From Candidatus Krumholzibacteriia bacterium (GTDB taxonomy: Bacteria > Krumholzibacteriota > Krumholzibacteriia > Krumholzibacteriales > Krumholzibacteriaceae): a stretch of DNA of 64,000 bases. The stretch lies in contig CAWIIQ010000003.1 in the NCBI GenBank assembly GCA_963836185.1, forward strand, positions 160,001-224,000, given 5' to 3'. The notes under the pieces are model-generated. The model ran no database searches. It saw only the letters and a program-made list of their open reading frames with translations, and had not been told where the DNA came from. Of the stretch, positions 52,079-62,596 are shown piece by piece. Each line of letters starts with the position of its first letter. Position 1 is the first letter of the stretch. Made by a program: the position numbers and the translations under genes.

Positions 52079-53819
52079 CGGCCCTCCGGCCGGTACCTGT
52101 TCGTGATGGGAAGCCTGCGGTCGCGCCCGAAGGCCTTCGGGGTGATCTTGATCCCCGGAGGGCCCTGCCTGCGCTTGTATTCGCTGAAGTCTATCATCCG
52201 GATGACCCGCCGGACGGTAGCCCGGTCGATGCCGGCCGCGACGATCTCCCTGACAGAAAGGTCGCCCTCGACGTAGAGCTCGATGATCCGGTCGAGGACG
52301 GGATACGGCGGGAGGGAATCCTCGTCCGCCTGTCCCGGCTTCAGCTCTGCCGAAGGTTTCCGCCTGATCGTGGATGCGGGGATGACCGCACTGCCCGCCT
52401 CGCGGTTCCGCCAGCGGCTCAGGGAGTAGACCGTCGTCTTGGGGACATCCTTGAGGACGGCGAATCCTCCGACCATGTCACCATAGAGGGTGCAGTAGCC
52501 GACGGCGATCTCGCTCTTGTTTCCGGTGGCCAGCACGAGCCAGCCGAACCGGTTCGACAGCGCCATCAGGATATTCCCCCTGATCCGCGCCTGGATGTTC
52601 TCCTCGGTGACCCCGATCTCCCCCTTCGGGACATCGGGGCTGAGAAGGTCGCGGTACGATTCGAAGATATCCGATATCGGGTATTCGTAGAGGTCGATGC
52701 CCAGGTTATCTGCCAGCCTGAAAGCGTCGCTGAGCGTTCCCCTCGAAGTGAACCCCGAGGGCATCGTCACGCCGTGGCACTCTGCCAGGCCCTATGGCGT
52801 CAACCGCTATGGCCGCGGTGAGGGCGGAATCGATTCCTCCGCTGAGCCCGAGCACAACTCCCCCGAACCCGTTCTTGACGATGTAATCGCGCGTGCCCAT
52901 CACGAGAGCGTCGTAGATCTCCTCGACGGGACCGGGGTGATCGGCCTTTCTCCTCGCGTGGCAGCGGCACGGCTTTTCTCTTCGGAAGGGCTGGAAGGGG
53001 TATCGTCTCGACCGTGATCGCCGCGCAGGTGGTTCCGCGGCTGTCCGGCCTTTTCCCCCTGCGGACGGGGACATCGGCGATGATCATCTCCTCGCTGAAG
53101 GGGGCCGCCCTGGCGACCGTTTCTCCGCGCGGCGAGCAGATCACACTGCTTCCATCGAAGAGAAGCTCGTCCTGGCCCCCGAGGAGGTTGATATAGCAGA
53201 GCCAGACGTCGTTTTCGCGCGCCCTTCTCTGCATAAGCTTTTCTCTCTCGGGCCCCTTGCGGCGGTGGTAGGGCGAGGCCGAGATGTTGACGGCTATTCC
53301 CGCGCCTCCGGCTCCGGCCTGGCACCCGATCGGGCCGTCATCGACCCAGACGTCCTCGCATATGTTGATTGCTATCTTCGTGCCGTCGAAATCGAGTATG
53401 GTCGCAGACGAGCCGCTCGTGAAATATCGCTTCTCATCGAAGACGCCGTAGTTGGGGAGGTTTATCTTGCGGTAGCGGCGGCGACCTTACCTCCGTAGAG
53501 GAGCACGGCGTCGTTGTAGAGGGGGCCGCCCTTCTCTCGGGGCCTCTCCGGGAGAGCCGACGATAACGGCTATCCCGCTTGCTGTCTTTGCGAGGGATCT
53601 CAGCTCTTTCTCGCAGTCCCTGAGGAAGGCGGGTTTGAGAAGAAGGTCCTCGGTCGGGTAGCCGCAGAGGACGAGCTCCGGGAAGGCGAGAAGCTGGACC
53701 CCGCGCTTTTTCGCCTCACGGATCCATCTTCGCACCAGGGCGGCATTCCCCTTGAGGTCCCCCACGGTGGGGTTTACCTGGGCCAGCCCGATACGGACCT
53801 TATTCTGCCTGTCGCTCAT
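52075..53819 (-). CDS. nadE: Glutamine-dependent NAD+ synthetase (several frameshifts between ~52770 and ~53530)
   Basis: Fragments: [22 protein letters not shown]; [19 protein letters not shown]; [10 protein letters not shown]; GLSGGIDSA; [35 protein letters not shown]. Confidence 0.9.
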
Positions 53820-53848
53820 ATCGGGATTATTGTAACACCCGCCGGACC

Positions 53849-53872
53849 GGCCGGTGAAACAAAATCGCCCCC
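53849..53872 (+). repeat. 24-bp direct repeat, left copy
   Basis: GGCCGGTGAAACAAAATCGCCCCC, identical to 55124..55147. Confidence 0.9.
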
Positions 53873-54065
53873 ATCTCGCTGGCAAAAAAAATCACGATGT
53901 TGATGAATGGCAAGAGGCACTGTATCCGCCCATTTACCGTTGATGTTAAAATCGAAATTCTTGCTACTGGTACAAAAATTGACGCCCATTCAGCCTGCCT
54001 TTGTGTTAAATTCATTTTTGGCAGAGAGGCGACGACAGGGCAAAAACAGTCGGGGGAACGGATAA

Positions 54066-55034
54066 ATGGATGAATTGAGATTCGAGCAGCTGACGGTTGG
54101 AATATTGATTAAGCGTGAAGGTGGCATGTTTGCGTCTTGCGGGCTGGGTGTATTCTATGACCCGACTAAAAAGAGAGAAAAGCCTGAAATCAAATCTGCT
54201 TACGGGGAATATGAAGAAGAAACCATCTATGGAAAGAACAGCAGAATCGGCGGCAAGCATAAATATCCAAATGTCGACCCGGCGACAGCCGCAGAAATAT
54301 TTTTTGAAACAATGAACATGGCTGGCGTCAAAGCCGAAAAGCCGGTTGAAAGGCAATTAAGGCTGGACCTCGAGGGCAATCTGGGTTATCTGGTGCGGTT
54401 TCCGAAGGAAGACCTTGAAAGGGGACGCTCAATATTTGAGTTCCTGTCGACTCTGTATTATAACCATCGAAATGTGCTGACATCTTTTAAATATCTTGAT
54501 AAGGCCAAGAAAGAAAATCTGGGGCAGGCAACGGTTGTGACACTCTGCCCTCATGTAAGAATGTTGCACACGGAAAGGTTCCAGCCGATCTACATTGGAG
54601 GAACCCAACTGTTGGACAATGCAGAAGTTGATAAATCAACAATCGCTCTCAATTTTTATGGTGTTAAATTACAGCGACTCAAGCAATTTAAAGACGAGAT
54701 CGATTCCCGCTTCACTATCCATTCCATCTCTTTTGAAGATATGCCGGCTGATCAGGTCGCCTATACGCATTCTGTGATTTGGGACAACAAAGATCTGCCA
54801 AGAGGGTACAGGGCAAATCTGATAAGGAGAGGACTGGTCGGATTTCAGGACAGGGATTCGGGCAAGTTGGTTGCTTACAGTCTGTTCCCGGCGGAAATGG
54901 AGACAAGACTTCTCGAGTCGCTGGAATTGTTTCAAAAAACGTCCCTTGATACGAACGGGCTGCTGCAGAAATACATAGCTGTAAACAAACTTATCAAACA
55001 GGTTGTGAAAGACGAGTATTTCGCCGATTTTTAA
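54066..55034 (+). CDS. Hypothetical protein on AT-richer insert
   Basis: 322-aa ORF with many A/T-ending codons; no motif I recognise. Confidence 0.75.
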   Translation: MDELRFEQLTVGILIKREGGMFASCGLGVFYDPTKKREKPEIKSAYGEYEEETIYGKNSRIGGKHKYPNVDPATAAEIFFETMNMAGVKAEKPVERQLRLDLEGNLGYLVRFPKEDLERGRSIFEFLSTLYYNHRNVLTSFKYLDKAKKENLGQATVVTLCPHVRMLHTERFQPIYIGGTQLLDNAEVDKSTIALNFYGVKLQRLKQFKDEIDSRFTIHSISFEDMPADQVAYTHSVIWDNKDLPRGYRANLIRRGLVGFQDRDSGKLVAYSLFPAEMETRLLESLELFQKTSLDTNGLLQKYIAVNKLIKQVVKDEYFADF

Positions 55035-55123
55035 ATGAGGCACCTTCTGAACATCCCGGCCGCCGAAATTCTATATCTCACCGATCCATATCCTCATGTT
55101 CCCCTATCTGCTTCCGCGGCTAA

Positions 55124-55147
55124 GGCCGGTGAAACAAAATCGCCCCC
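55124..55147 (+). repeat. 24-bp direct repeat, right copy
   Basis: Identical to 53849..53872. Confidence 0.9.
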
Positions 55148-55156
55148 TCTCTCGTA
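55130..55156 (+). promoter_or_regulatory. ECF-sigma (SigW-like) promoter candidate
   Basis: TGAAAC-N17-CGTA upstream of the DUF4097 gene (SigW consensus is TGAAAC-N16-CGTA). Confidence 0.45.
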
Positions 55157-55192
55157 AACCGGAATATGAAGGGTAACGGAAAGGAGTTCCAG

Positions 55193-56434
55193 ATGAAGAG
55201 ATCCATGGTTATCGTGGTGGCCGCGTTGCTTGTCGTGATGCTGCCGGCGATTGTACTTGCGGGCGGGGACGTCCGGAAGGTCGAGAAGACATTCGAGCTG
55301 AAAAAGGGCGGAAGTCTCAATATCGAGATCAAGGTCGGCGGTGACATCATCATCGAGGGCTGGGACCGCAACGAGGTCTCCGTTAAGGCGAAGATCAGCG
55401 GCAGGGACCGTGACGATGTCGAGCTCGATTTCGAGAAGAAAAGCAAGGGGCTCGAGATAAACGCGGAAATCGACGATAGAAGGGACAAAAAGGCGAGCTG
55501 CGATCTCTACATCATGGTTCCCGAGAAATTCGACATAGAATTCGAGACTATGGGCGGCGACGTTTCCATAAAGGGCGTCGAAGGGGAGGTCACCGGCCAG
55601 ACGATGGGCGGCGACGTCGATTTCGAGAAGCTTTCGGGTTATCTCGCAGTGACGACGATGGGCGGGGATATCACGGTCCTCGACTCCGAAGTAGACGGCA
55701 AAGTCAAGACGATGGGCGGTGACGTCGAGATAATTGACGTCAAGGGCGACCTGAGGGGATCGACTATGGGCGGCGACGTCACTTACGAGAATGTCGAGCG
55801 CACCGGCGATAGCGATGATGAGATAGTCATCTCATCGATGGGCGGTGACCTCGCGCTCGACTACGCCGGCAAGAGCATAAAGGCTAAGACTTACGGCGGC
55901 GACATCGAAGTATCGAAGGCCGAGAAGGTAAACGTAACGACTATGGGCGGCGACATCAGTGTCGAAGAGGCCCCCACGGGCGCCAGGATGAAGACGATGG
56001 GCGGGGATATAGAGATAGGCAAGGCCGGCGAGTATGTCGATGCCGAGACGATGGGAGGCGACATCACGATCGATGATATCGACGGCTGGGTCAAGGCCGT
56101 TACGATGGGCGGAGATGTCGAGGTCACCATGACGGGCGATCCCGACAAGGGAAAGCGCGATGTCGAGATCAAGTCGATGGGCGGAGATGTCGACCTTACG
56201 GTCCCCAAGGGGCTTTCGATGGAGTTCGACATAGAGATACAGTGGACGAAGAACCACGATCGCAAGCCGAAGATCGTCTCCGATCTCAGTATCGATGTCG
56301 AAGAGACGAAGGAATGGAAGAAGAAGAACGGCAGCAAGAGAAAATACATCTACGGCACCGGCAAGACAGGGAGCGGAAAGCACACCGTCAAGATCAGGAC
56401 GATCAACGGCAACGTGCACATCAACGAGGAATAA
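55193..56434 (+). CDS. DUF4097 beta-strand repeat (adhesin-like) secreted protein
   Basis: AAGGAG RBS, signal peptide, ~12 TMGGD(V/I)-type repeats, ends IRTINGNVHI. Confidence 0.88.
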   Translation: MKRSMVIVVAALLVVMLPAIVLAGGDVRKVEKTFELKKGGSLNIEIKVGGDIIIEGWDRNEVSVKAKISGRDRDDVELDFEKKSKGLEINAEIDDRRDKKASCDLYIMVPEKFDIEFETMGGDVSIKGVEGEVTGQTMGGDVDFEKLSGYLAVTTMGGDITVLDSEVDGKVKTMGGDVEIIDVKGDLRGSTMGGDVTYENVERTGDSDDEIVISSMGGDLALDYAGKSIKAKTYGGDIEVSKAEKVNVTTMGGDISVEEAPTGARMKTMGGDIEIGKAGEYVDAETMGGDITIDDIDGWVKAVTMGGDVEVTMTGDPDKGKRDVEIKSMGGDVDLTVPKGLSMEFDIEIQWTKNHDRKPKIVSDLSIDVEETKEWKKKNGSKRKYIYGTGKTGSGKHTVKIRTINGNVHINEE

Positions 56435-56489
56435 AGGCGCGGGAAACCAGCGACCGCGTTTTTACGGACCCGCTGCGGCGTTAAGAGGC

Positions 56490-56527
56490 AGAGAGGGGGA
56501 CGGGCCAGGAGCCCGGCCCCCTCTCTG
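56490..56527. terminator. Hairpin terminator between convergent genes
   Basis: AGAGAGGGGG...CCCCCTCTCT with inner CGGGC/GCCCG. Confidence 0.55.
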
Positions 56528-56531
56528 TATC

Positions 56532-57344
56532 CTAAAGCTCCGGATATATATCGGGCAGGCGCGATGGAAGGAAGAACCTGCGGGCATTGCTGCTCTCGAT
56601 CTCGGAGAGGTCGACGTCGCAGTAGAGGATATGGTCCTCCCCTGCTGGTGACTGGGCCAGGACCCGCCCGTCGGGCCCGACGACGTAAGATTCCCCGGCG
56701 AAATCGAGACAGTCCTCTTTGCCGACCCTGTTGGCGAGGGCGGCGAAGTAGCCGTTCTGGAAGGCGGCGACGCGGAGCTCGGCCTCGTAGAGGCCCTCGG
56801 GCCATTCGCCGATCGAACCGGCCTGCGGCACCACCACTATCTCCGCCCCGTTAAGGGCAAGGGCGCGCATGTACTCGGGGAAATGGCGGTCGTAGCATAT
56901 CGCCACCCCGACCCTGCCGGCGCTCGTCTCGAAGACCCCCGCACCGAGGTCGCCGGGGGCATAGTACCCCTTCTCGCGAAAGCAGGGGAGATCGGCGACG
57001 TGGACCATCCTGTTCTTTCCGGCGATCATCCCGTCTGAATCTATCACGGGTGAGCAGTCGTACGTCTTATTCCCGTCCCGCTCGAAGAGGTTGAGGACGA
57101 CGACTACGCCGAGCTCCTTCGCCTTCGCGCAGAAAGCATCGGTGACAGGGCCGGGAACCGTCTCGGCCAGCTCGAGGACATCTCCCTGCGCCTCGTGCTG
57201 GGGGAGAAACCAGCTGAACGCGAGCTCGGCGTACGCGACGAGGTCCGCCCCGGCACGGGCCGCTTCCTCGAGTGCCGCGAGCCCCCTGTCGATATTGTTC
57301 CTCATATCCCTTTCGGCGTGCTGCTGCACGAGCGCTATCTTCAT
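56532..57344 (-). CDS. Carbon-nitrogen hydrolase (N-carbamoylputrescine amidase / beta-ureidopropionase-like)
   Basis: AEL, FREKGYY.PGD, ICYDRHFPE, NRVGKE, FAGES. The catalytic Lys position reads RMVH rather than RKxH. Confidence 0.85.
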   Translation of the reverse strand: MKIALVQQHAERDMRNNIDRGLAALEEAARAGADLVAYAELAFSWFLPQHEAQGDVLELAETVPGPVTDAFCAKAKELGVVVVLNLFERDGNKTYDCSPVIDSDGMIAGKNRMVHVADLPCFREKGYYAPGDLGAGVFETSAGRVGVAICYDRHFPEYMRALALNGAEIVVVPQAGSIGEWPEGLYEAELRVAAFQNGYFAALANRVGKEDCLDFAGESYVVGPDGRVLAQSPAGEDHILYCDVDLSEIESSNARRFFLPSRLPDIYPEL

Positions 57345-57455
57345 GTCATATCCCTTCTAAACGCGGTTAGGCCCCTTTTCACCATTCTAGCACCCTCTGT
57401 CCGGCGCTTAAACATGAATTATCCACGGAATTGTTGTTGATAGCATTAATAAAAG

Positions 57456-57484
57456 TTGACAATTATCGACAATTTCCTTACTAT
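57456..57484 (+). promoter_or_regulatory. Sigma70 promoter of the Lrp operon
   Basis: TTGACA-N17-TACTAT. Confidence 0.7.
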
Positions 57485-57530
57485 CTTCAGCCTGAACGCA
57501 GATATCCCTAATAAATCAAGGAGAATCGCG

Positions 57531-58079
57531 TTGGCAGCGGAAGTAGTGGAAATGCATCCGGTCGACAGGCAGATCGTCGAGATCCTGCAGGAGCAGGGCC
57601 GTATCTCGAACGTGCAGCTCGCCGAGCGTGTAGGCCTCAGCCCTCCCGCCGTCCTCGAGCGCGTAAGGAAGCTCGAGGAGAAGAACGTGATCACGGGGTA
57701 CACGGCGCTGGTCGACAACAAGAAGGTCGGCATGGGCACCGAGTCGTTCGTCGCGGTCTCGCTGAACCTGCACCAGAAGGATTCGATGGAGAATTTCCAC
57801 GAGTTCGTCGATGCCTGTTCGAGCGTCCGGGAGTGCTACCACATCGCCGGGACCGACGACTATCTCCTCAAGGTCTATACGAGGGACATCGACGATTACG
57901 AGAACTTTCTCCTTCATTCTCTGACGAGGATAAAGGGGATAGACCGCGTGAAGACGATGTTCGTTCTCTCGACCGTCAAACGGGAGATCAGCGTTCCGAT
58001 AGAGGAATCGGGCTGCACCGGCCCGAACGGAAACGGGCAGAAGAAAAACAGCAGGAAAAACGGAAAGTCACAGCCATAA
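57531..58079 (+). CDS. Lrp/AsnC family transcriptional regulator
   Basis: DRQIVEILQEQGRISNVQLAERVGLSPPAVLERVRKLE, ECYHIAGTDDYLLKV; TTG start after AAGGAG. Confidence 0.93.
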   Translation: MAAEVVEMHPVDRQIVEILQEQGRISNVQLAERVGLSPPAVLERVRKLEEKNVITGYTALVDNKKVGMGTESFVAVSLNLHQKDSMENFHEFVDACSSVRECYHIAGTDDYLLKVYTRDIDDYENFLLHSLTRIKGIDRVKTMFVLSTVKREISVPIEESGCTGPNGNGQKKNSRKNGKSQP

Positions 58080-58089
58080 GGAGGCGGAA

Positions 58090-59280
58090 ATGGAAGAGAA
58101 GGATCTGAGATTCGACACACTCGCCGTAAAGGGCGGGTACCCCTGGGAAGAGCAGCTGCGGTACAACACGATGCCCCCGCCGCTGATCCAGAGCTCGGTA
58201 TTCCCGTACGAGTCGGCTGAATGGGCCGCGGAGCTCTACAGCTACAAGAGGGAAGGATTCGCCTACGGGCGTATCAACAACCCGACATGCGACATCTTCG
58301 AGAAGAGGATGGCCCTGCTCGAGGGTACCGAGGCGGGCCTGGGCACAGCTTCGGGGATGGCGGCGATCTTCATGGTCGTACATCATCTTGTCGAATCGGG
58401 AGAAGAGATAGTCTCGTCGCAGAGGGTGTACGGCGGGACGCAGCAGCTCTTCGCTACGTCGTTCCCCAGGATGGGCATAAAGACGAACTGGGTCGTCGAG
58501 CCCGACAAGATCGAGGAATGGGAAAAGGCGATAACTCCGAAGACGAAACTGATGCACGTCGAGTCGCCGAGCAACCCGAACCTCTTTGTCGCCGACATCC
58601 CGGCGATCGCAGAACTGGCGAAGTCGAAGGGGATCCCCCTGATGGTCGATAACACGATCTGCTCGCCGGCCCTGATGAGGCCGGCAGAGATGGGCGCCGA
58701 CATAATCATCCACTCCGCGACGAAATATATCAGCGGAAACGGGACGAGCCTCTCCGGAGTGATCTGCGGGAAGAAGGAATTCATCGACCATGTAAGGCAC
58801 ATCGGCTACAGGAACATCGGTCCTTCGATCGCTCCGTTCAACGCGTGGCTCTGTCTTCTCGGACTCGACTCATTGTCGCTGAGGCTGAGAAAGCACTCGG
58901 AGAACGCGATGGCCATTGCGAAGTTCCTCGAGAAGCACCCGAAGATCGAATCGGTCAGGTATCCCGGCCTGCCGAGTCACCCGCAGCACGAGGTGGCGAA
59001 GAAGACGATGTCCGCCTTCTCATCGATGATGAGCTTCAACGTGGTGGGCGGCCTCGAGTCGACGAGAAATGTGATCGATAACCTGTCGGTCGCTGTTCAC
59101 ACGACGCATCTCGGTTCGTCGCAGACCGTGGCGATCCAGCCGGCGGCGACGACCCACTATCAGCTTGGCCCAGAAGAGAGGGCGAAAGCGGGAGTCCCCG
59201 AGAACATGATCCGTTACTCGGCCGGGCTCGAGGATGAGAACGATCTGATCGAAGATCTCGATCGGGCGCTGAACGCGTAA
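58090..59280 (+). CDS. PLP-dependent trans-sulfuration family enzyme (MetY/MetZ/gamma-lyase-like)
   Basis: YGRINNPT, ASGMAAI, YGGT, ESPSNP, VDNT, HSATKY, IRYSAGLE. Confidence 0.9.
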   Translation: MEEKDLRFDTLAVKGGYPWEEQLRYNTMPPPLIQSSVFPYESAEWAAELYSYKREGFAYGRINNPTCDIFEKRMALLEGTEAGLGTASGMAAIFMVVHHLVESGEEIVSSQRVYGGTQQLFATSFPRMGIKTNWVVEPDKIEEWEKAITPKTKLMHVESPSNPNLFVADIPAIAELAKSKGIPLMVDNTICSPALMRPAEMGADIIIHSATKYISGNGTSLSGVICGKKEFIDHVRHIGYRNIGPSIAPFNAWLCLLGLDSLSLRLRKHSENAMAIAKFLEKHPKIESVRYPGLPSHPQHEVAKKTMSAFSSMMSFNVVGGLESTRNVIDNLSVAVHTTHLGSSQTVAIQPAATTHYQLGPEERAKAGVPENMIRYSAGLEDENDLIEDLDRALNA

Positions 59281-59308
59281 CGAACGATACGAAACGAGGG
59301 AGCAAACG

Positions 59309-60332
59309 ATGCAGAAACTCGCATTCATAGGATTCGGTGTCGTCGGGCAGGGCCTGGCGGAGATCCTGATAAAGAAAAAGGATGAGCTGAAGGCAAAGTA
59401 CGGGTTCGACTATTCGGTCGTCGCGGTGAGCGATTTCAAACTAGGTTCGGCGCTCGACAATAACGGGCTCGATCTTGGCAAGGTCCTCGAGCTCGCCGCG
59501 GACGGGAAGATCTCTGAGTATCCCGGCGCGACGACGGGGCTCGATGCTCTCGAAACGATAAAGCAGAGCGACGCCGACACGGTGATCGAGGTCTCGTACA
59601 CCGACATCAAGACTGGCGAGCCGGCCAACAGCCACTTCAGGGCCGCTCTCGAGGGAGGCAAGCACCTCATCACGACGAACAAGGGCCCGACGGCCCTCTT
59701 CTTCAAGGAGCTCGCCGCTCTCGCCGAAGAGCAAGGGCGTGCAGTTCCGCTACGAGGGAACGGTCGTAGCCGGTACACCGGTCCTCAACCTCGGCGAGTT
59801 CACGCTCGCGGGGAACGAGATCACCGAGATCCGCGGGATCCTCAACGGTACGACGAATTTCATCCTCACAAACATGGAGGCTGGAAGAGCGTACGACGAG
59901 GTCCTCAAGGAGGCGCAGGAGCTCGGGTTTGCCGAGGCCGATCCGACAGCGGACGTCGAGGGATTCGACGCGCTCGCCAAGGTCGTGATCCTCGCCAAGT
60001 CCGTGATGGGCGCCGACATCTCGCCCGAAGACGTCGACAGGACAGGGATCACCCAGATCTCCCTCGATGATGTCGCGGCGGCAAAGGCCGACGGGAAGCG
60101 CTGGAAGCTGATCGGCAAGGTCACCCGTGACGGCAGTGGCGTAAAGGCTTCGGTCAAGCCGGAGAAGGTCGCCCTGACAGATCCGCTCGCGGCGGTCGGC
60201 GGAGCGACGAACGCTCTTACCTTCGTCACCGATCTTCTCGGTGAAGTCACGATCGTCGGCCCCGGCGCCGGTAAGATCGAGACGGGATACTCGCTCCTCA
60301 TAGATATGCTGGCAATAGACAGGATGGTATAG
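59309..60332 (+). CDS. hom: Homoserine dehydrogenase, short form without ACT domain (frameshift near 59733)
   Basis: GFGVVG, TTNKGP, YEGTV.AGTP, GILNGTTNFIL, AEADPTADVEGFDA..K, GPGAG..ET. Confidence 0.92.
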
Positions 60333-60334
60333 AT

Positions 60335-61747
60335 ATGAAGATGCTTATCGCGGGGAAATGGGTCGAGGGCAAGGAGACTATCGAGGTCCGCGACCCGTTC
60401 GACAACTCGGTGATAGATACGGTTCCGAGCGGGACCGCCGACGATATCAGGGCGGCGATCACCGCTGCCGAGGAAGGCTTTCGCGTCAGCCGCGCCCTGC
60501 CCGTCCACGAGAGGGTCAGGATCCTCAAGAAGGCCGCGGAGATCATCGACGCCAATGCCGAGGAGTTCGCCGTCATCATCGCGAGGGAAGGGAGCAAGAC
60601 GATCTCCGAGGCCCGCAAGGAGGTCTACCGCGCCGCCCAGACGATGACGATATCGGGCGAAGAGGCCCGCAGGATAAACGGCGAGACGATCCCGTTCGAT
60701 ACGAACATAGGCTCGGAGAACAGGCTCGGGTATTATTTCAGGTTCCCGATCGGGATCATCGCGGCGATCACACCGTTCAACGATCCGCTCAACCTCGTCG
60801 CCCACAAGCTCGGCCCGGCGATCGCCGGCGGCAACTCGGTCGTGCTCAAGCCAGCGACAGTGACACCCCTGTCGGCGCTGAAGCTCTGCGAGGCGCTGAT
60901 GGAGGCGGGCCTGCCCGACAACATCCTCAACTGCGTGACAGGCTACGGCTCGAAGATCGGCGATCCCCTCGTATCTGATCCCAGGGTCAGGATGGTCAGC
61001 TTCACCGGCGGCGTCGAGGCGGGACAGGAGATCATGAAAAAGGTCGGCCTGAAGAAGGTCGGCATGGAGCTCGGCTCCAACACGCCGGTCATCGTCTGCG
61101 ACGACTGCGATCTCGAGCAGGCCGTGGAGAACACCGTATCGGGCGCCTTCTGGGCGGCCGGGCAGAACTGCATCGGTGTCCAGCGGGTCTATATCGAGGA
61201 AGGGATCTACAAGAAATTCGAGACACTCTTCGTATCACGGACGAGGCAGTACAAGGTCGGCCCCAAGCTCGACGAGGACTGCAACATGGGCCCGATGATC
61301 GCCGAGGGAGAGGCGAAGAGAATAGAAAAGTGGGTCAACGACGCCGTCAAGAAGGGCGCGAAGATCCTCACCGGGGGAACGCGCAACGGTGCGATCTACG
61401 ATCCGACCGTTCTGGCCGACGTGCCCGAAGGGTGCCGCATCGACAAGGACGAGGTCTTCGCCCCGACGGTGAACCTCTATCCCGTTAAGGACCTGGACGA
61501 GGCTATCGCCAGGGCCAACGCTGTCGACTTCGGCCTGCACGCCGGTATCTTCACGAAGGATATCGGCAAGGCGTACAGGGCGATCCAGGAGCTCGAGGTC
61601 GGCGGTATCATCATCAACGACTCGTCCGACTACCGCGTCGACATGATGCCGTTCGGCGGAGTGAAGAAGAGCGGCCTCGGGCGCGAGGGGATCAAGTTCG
61701 CCCTCCAGGAGATGACAGAGCCGCGCGTCGTCTGCTTCAACCTGTAG
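60335..61747 (+). CDS. NAD(P)-dependent aldehyde dehydrogenase (GapN/lactaldehyde-DH-like clade)
   Basis: ITPFNDP, KPA, SFTGG, ELGSN, AGQNC, EVFAP, MPFGGVKKSGLGREG. Confidence 0.92.
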   Translation: MKMLIAGKWVEGKETIEVRDPFDNSVIDTVPSGTADDIRAAITAAEEGFRVSRALPVHERVRILKKAAEIIDANAEEFAVIIAREGSKTISEARKEVYRAAQTMTISGEEARRINGETIPFDTNIGSENRLGYYFRFPIGIIAAITPFNDPLNLVAHKLGPAIAGGNSVVLKPATVTPLSALKLCEALMEAGLPDNILNCVTGYGSKIGDPLVSDPRVRMVSFTGGVEAGQEIMKKVGLKKVGMELGSNTPVIVCDDCDLEQAVENTVSGAFWAAGQNCIGVQRVYIEEGIYKKFETLFVSRTRQYKVGPKLDEDCNMGPMIAEGEAKRIEKWVNDAVKKGAKILTGGTRNGAIYDPTVLADVPEGCRIDKDEVFAPTVNLYPVKDLDEAIARANAVDFGLHAGIFTKDIGKAYRAIQELEVGGIIINDSSDYRVDMMPFGGVKKSGLGREGIKFALQEMTEPRVVCFNL

Positions 61748-61769
61748 GCAGGAACTGCACCTGGTTAAT

Positions 61770-61806
61770 AAAAGGGCGCTCCGCGTGGAGCGCCCTTTCT
61801 GTTTTG
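61770..61806. terminator. Bidirectional terminator
   Basis: AAAAGGGCGCTCC-GCGT-GGAGCGCCCTTTCTGTTTT. Confidence 0.8.
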
Positions 61807-61821
61807 TTTCGAGGCCCCCGG

Positions 61822-62587
61822 TCAGAGTCCGAGCACATCCGACATCTTGTAGAACCCGGCCTGTTTCCCGGCGATGAACCTTATCGCGCGGAGCGTGCCC
61901 ATCGCAAAGGTCTGACGTGAGTGGGCCCTGTGGGTCAGCTCGACACGTTCGCCCTCGCCGGCGAATATGACGGTATGCTCGCCGGTGACGTCGCCGCCTC
62001 GCAGCGAATGCATGCCGATCTCTCCCTCGGGCCTCTCGCCGACCATCCCCTGCCGCCCGTGGACGACGTTCGCACCGGCCCTTGCCTTCAGCGCTGCTTC
62101 TGCCAGCTTGACGGCCGTGCCGCTCGGAGCGTCCTTCTTCCTGTTGTGATGGATCTCGGTGATCTCGATGTCGAACCCGGGCAGGGCCTTCGCGATATCC
62201 TCGGTGACCTTGAAGAGGAGGTTTACGCCAAGCGACATGTTCGGGCTTACAAGTACGGGTATGGAGCCGGAGATCTCCCTCGCGCGGGTGACCTGCTGTG
62301 CGACAGCCCCGTCGTTCCCGTTATCGCCGCGACTCCGGCAGCGGAGCAGGCTTCGAGGAAAGCGGCGGCCGATTCGGGAGCGGTGAAGTCGACGGCGACG
62401 TCGGCGCCCGCGAGGGCTGCCGTCAGATCGCCGGTCGCCTCGATCCCACAGACGAGGCTCCCGATACCTTCATGGTCACCGTGGCATCGACAGCACCGGC
62501 AAGGGTGAGATCGTCCGCCGCGTCGATCTCACAGGCGACGATGCCGCCCATCCTGCCGAGGGCGCCGTTTATAACTACCTTGATCAT
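61822..62587 (-). CDS. dapB: 4-hydroxy-tetrahydrodipicolinate reductase (frameshifts near 62480 and 62290)
   Basis: MIKVVINGALGRMG, VDFT, PNMSLGVN, EIHHNRKKDAPSGTA, RGG, GEH. Confidence 0.92.
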
Positions 62588-62596
62588 TTCGTGCCC

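Noticed and set aside
52075-53819. nadE as a true pseudogene or programmed frameshift
   Set aside because: Fragments keep their catalytic motifs and similar indels occur across the window; sequencing error is the simpler explanation.
55540-56200. Recurring ~15-bp ACGATGGGCGG(C/T/A)GA units that look like an array
   Set aside because: They encode the TMGGD repeats of the DUF4097 protein, vary at wobble positions and stay in frame. They are not CRISPR repeats, and no cas genes are present.
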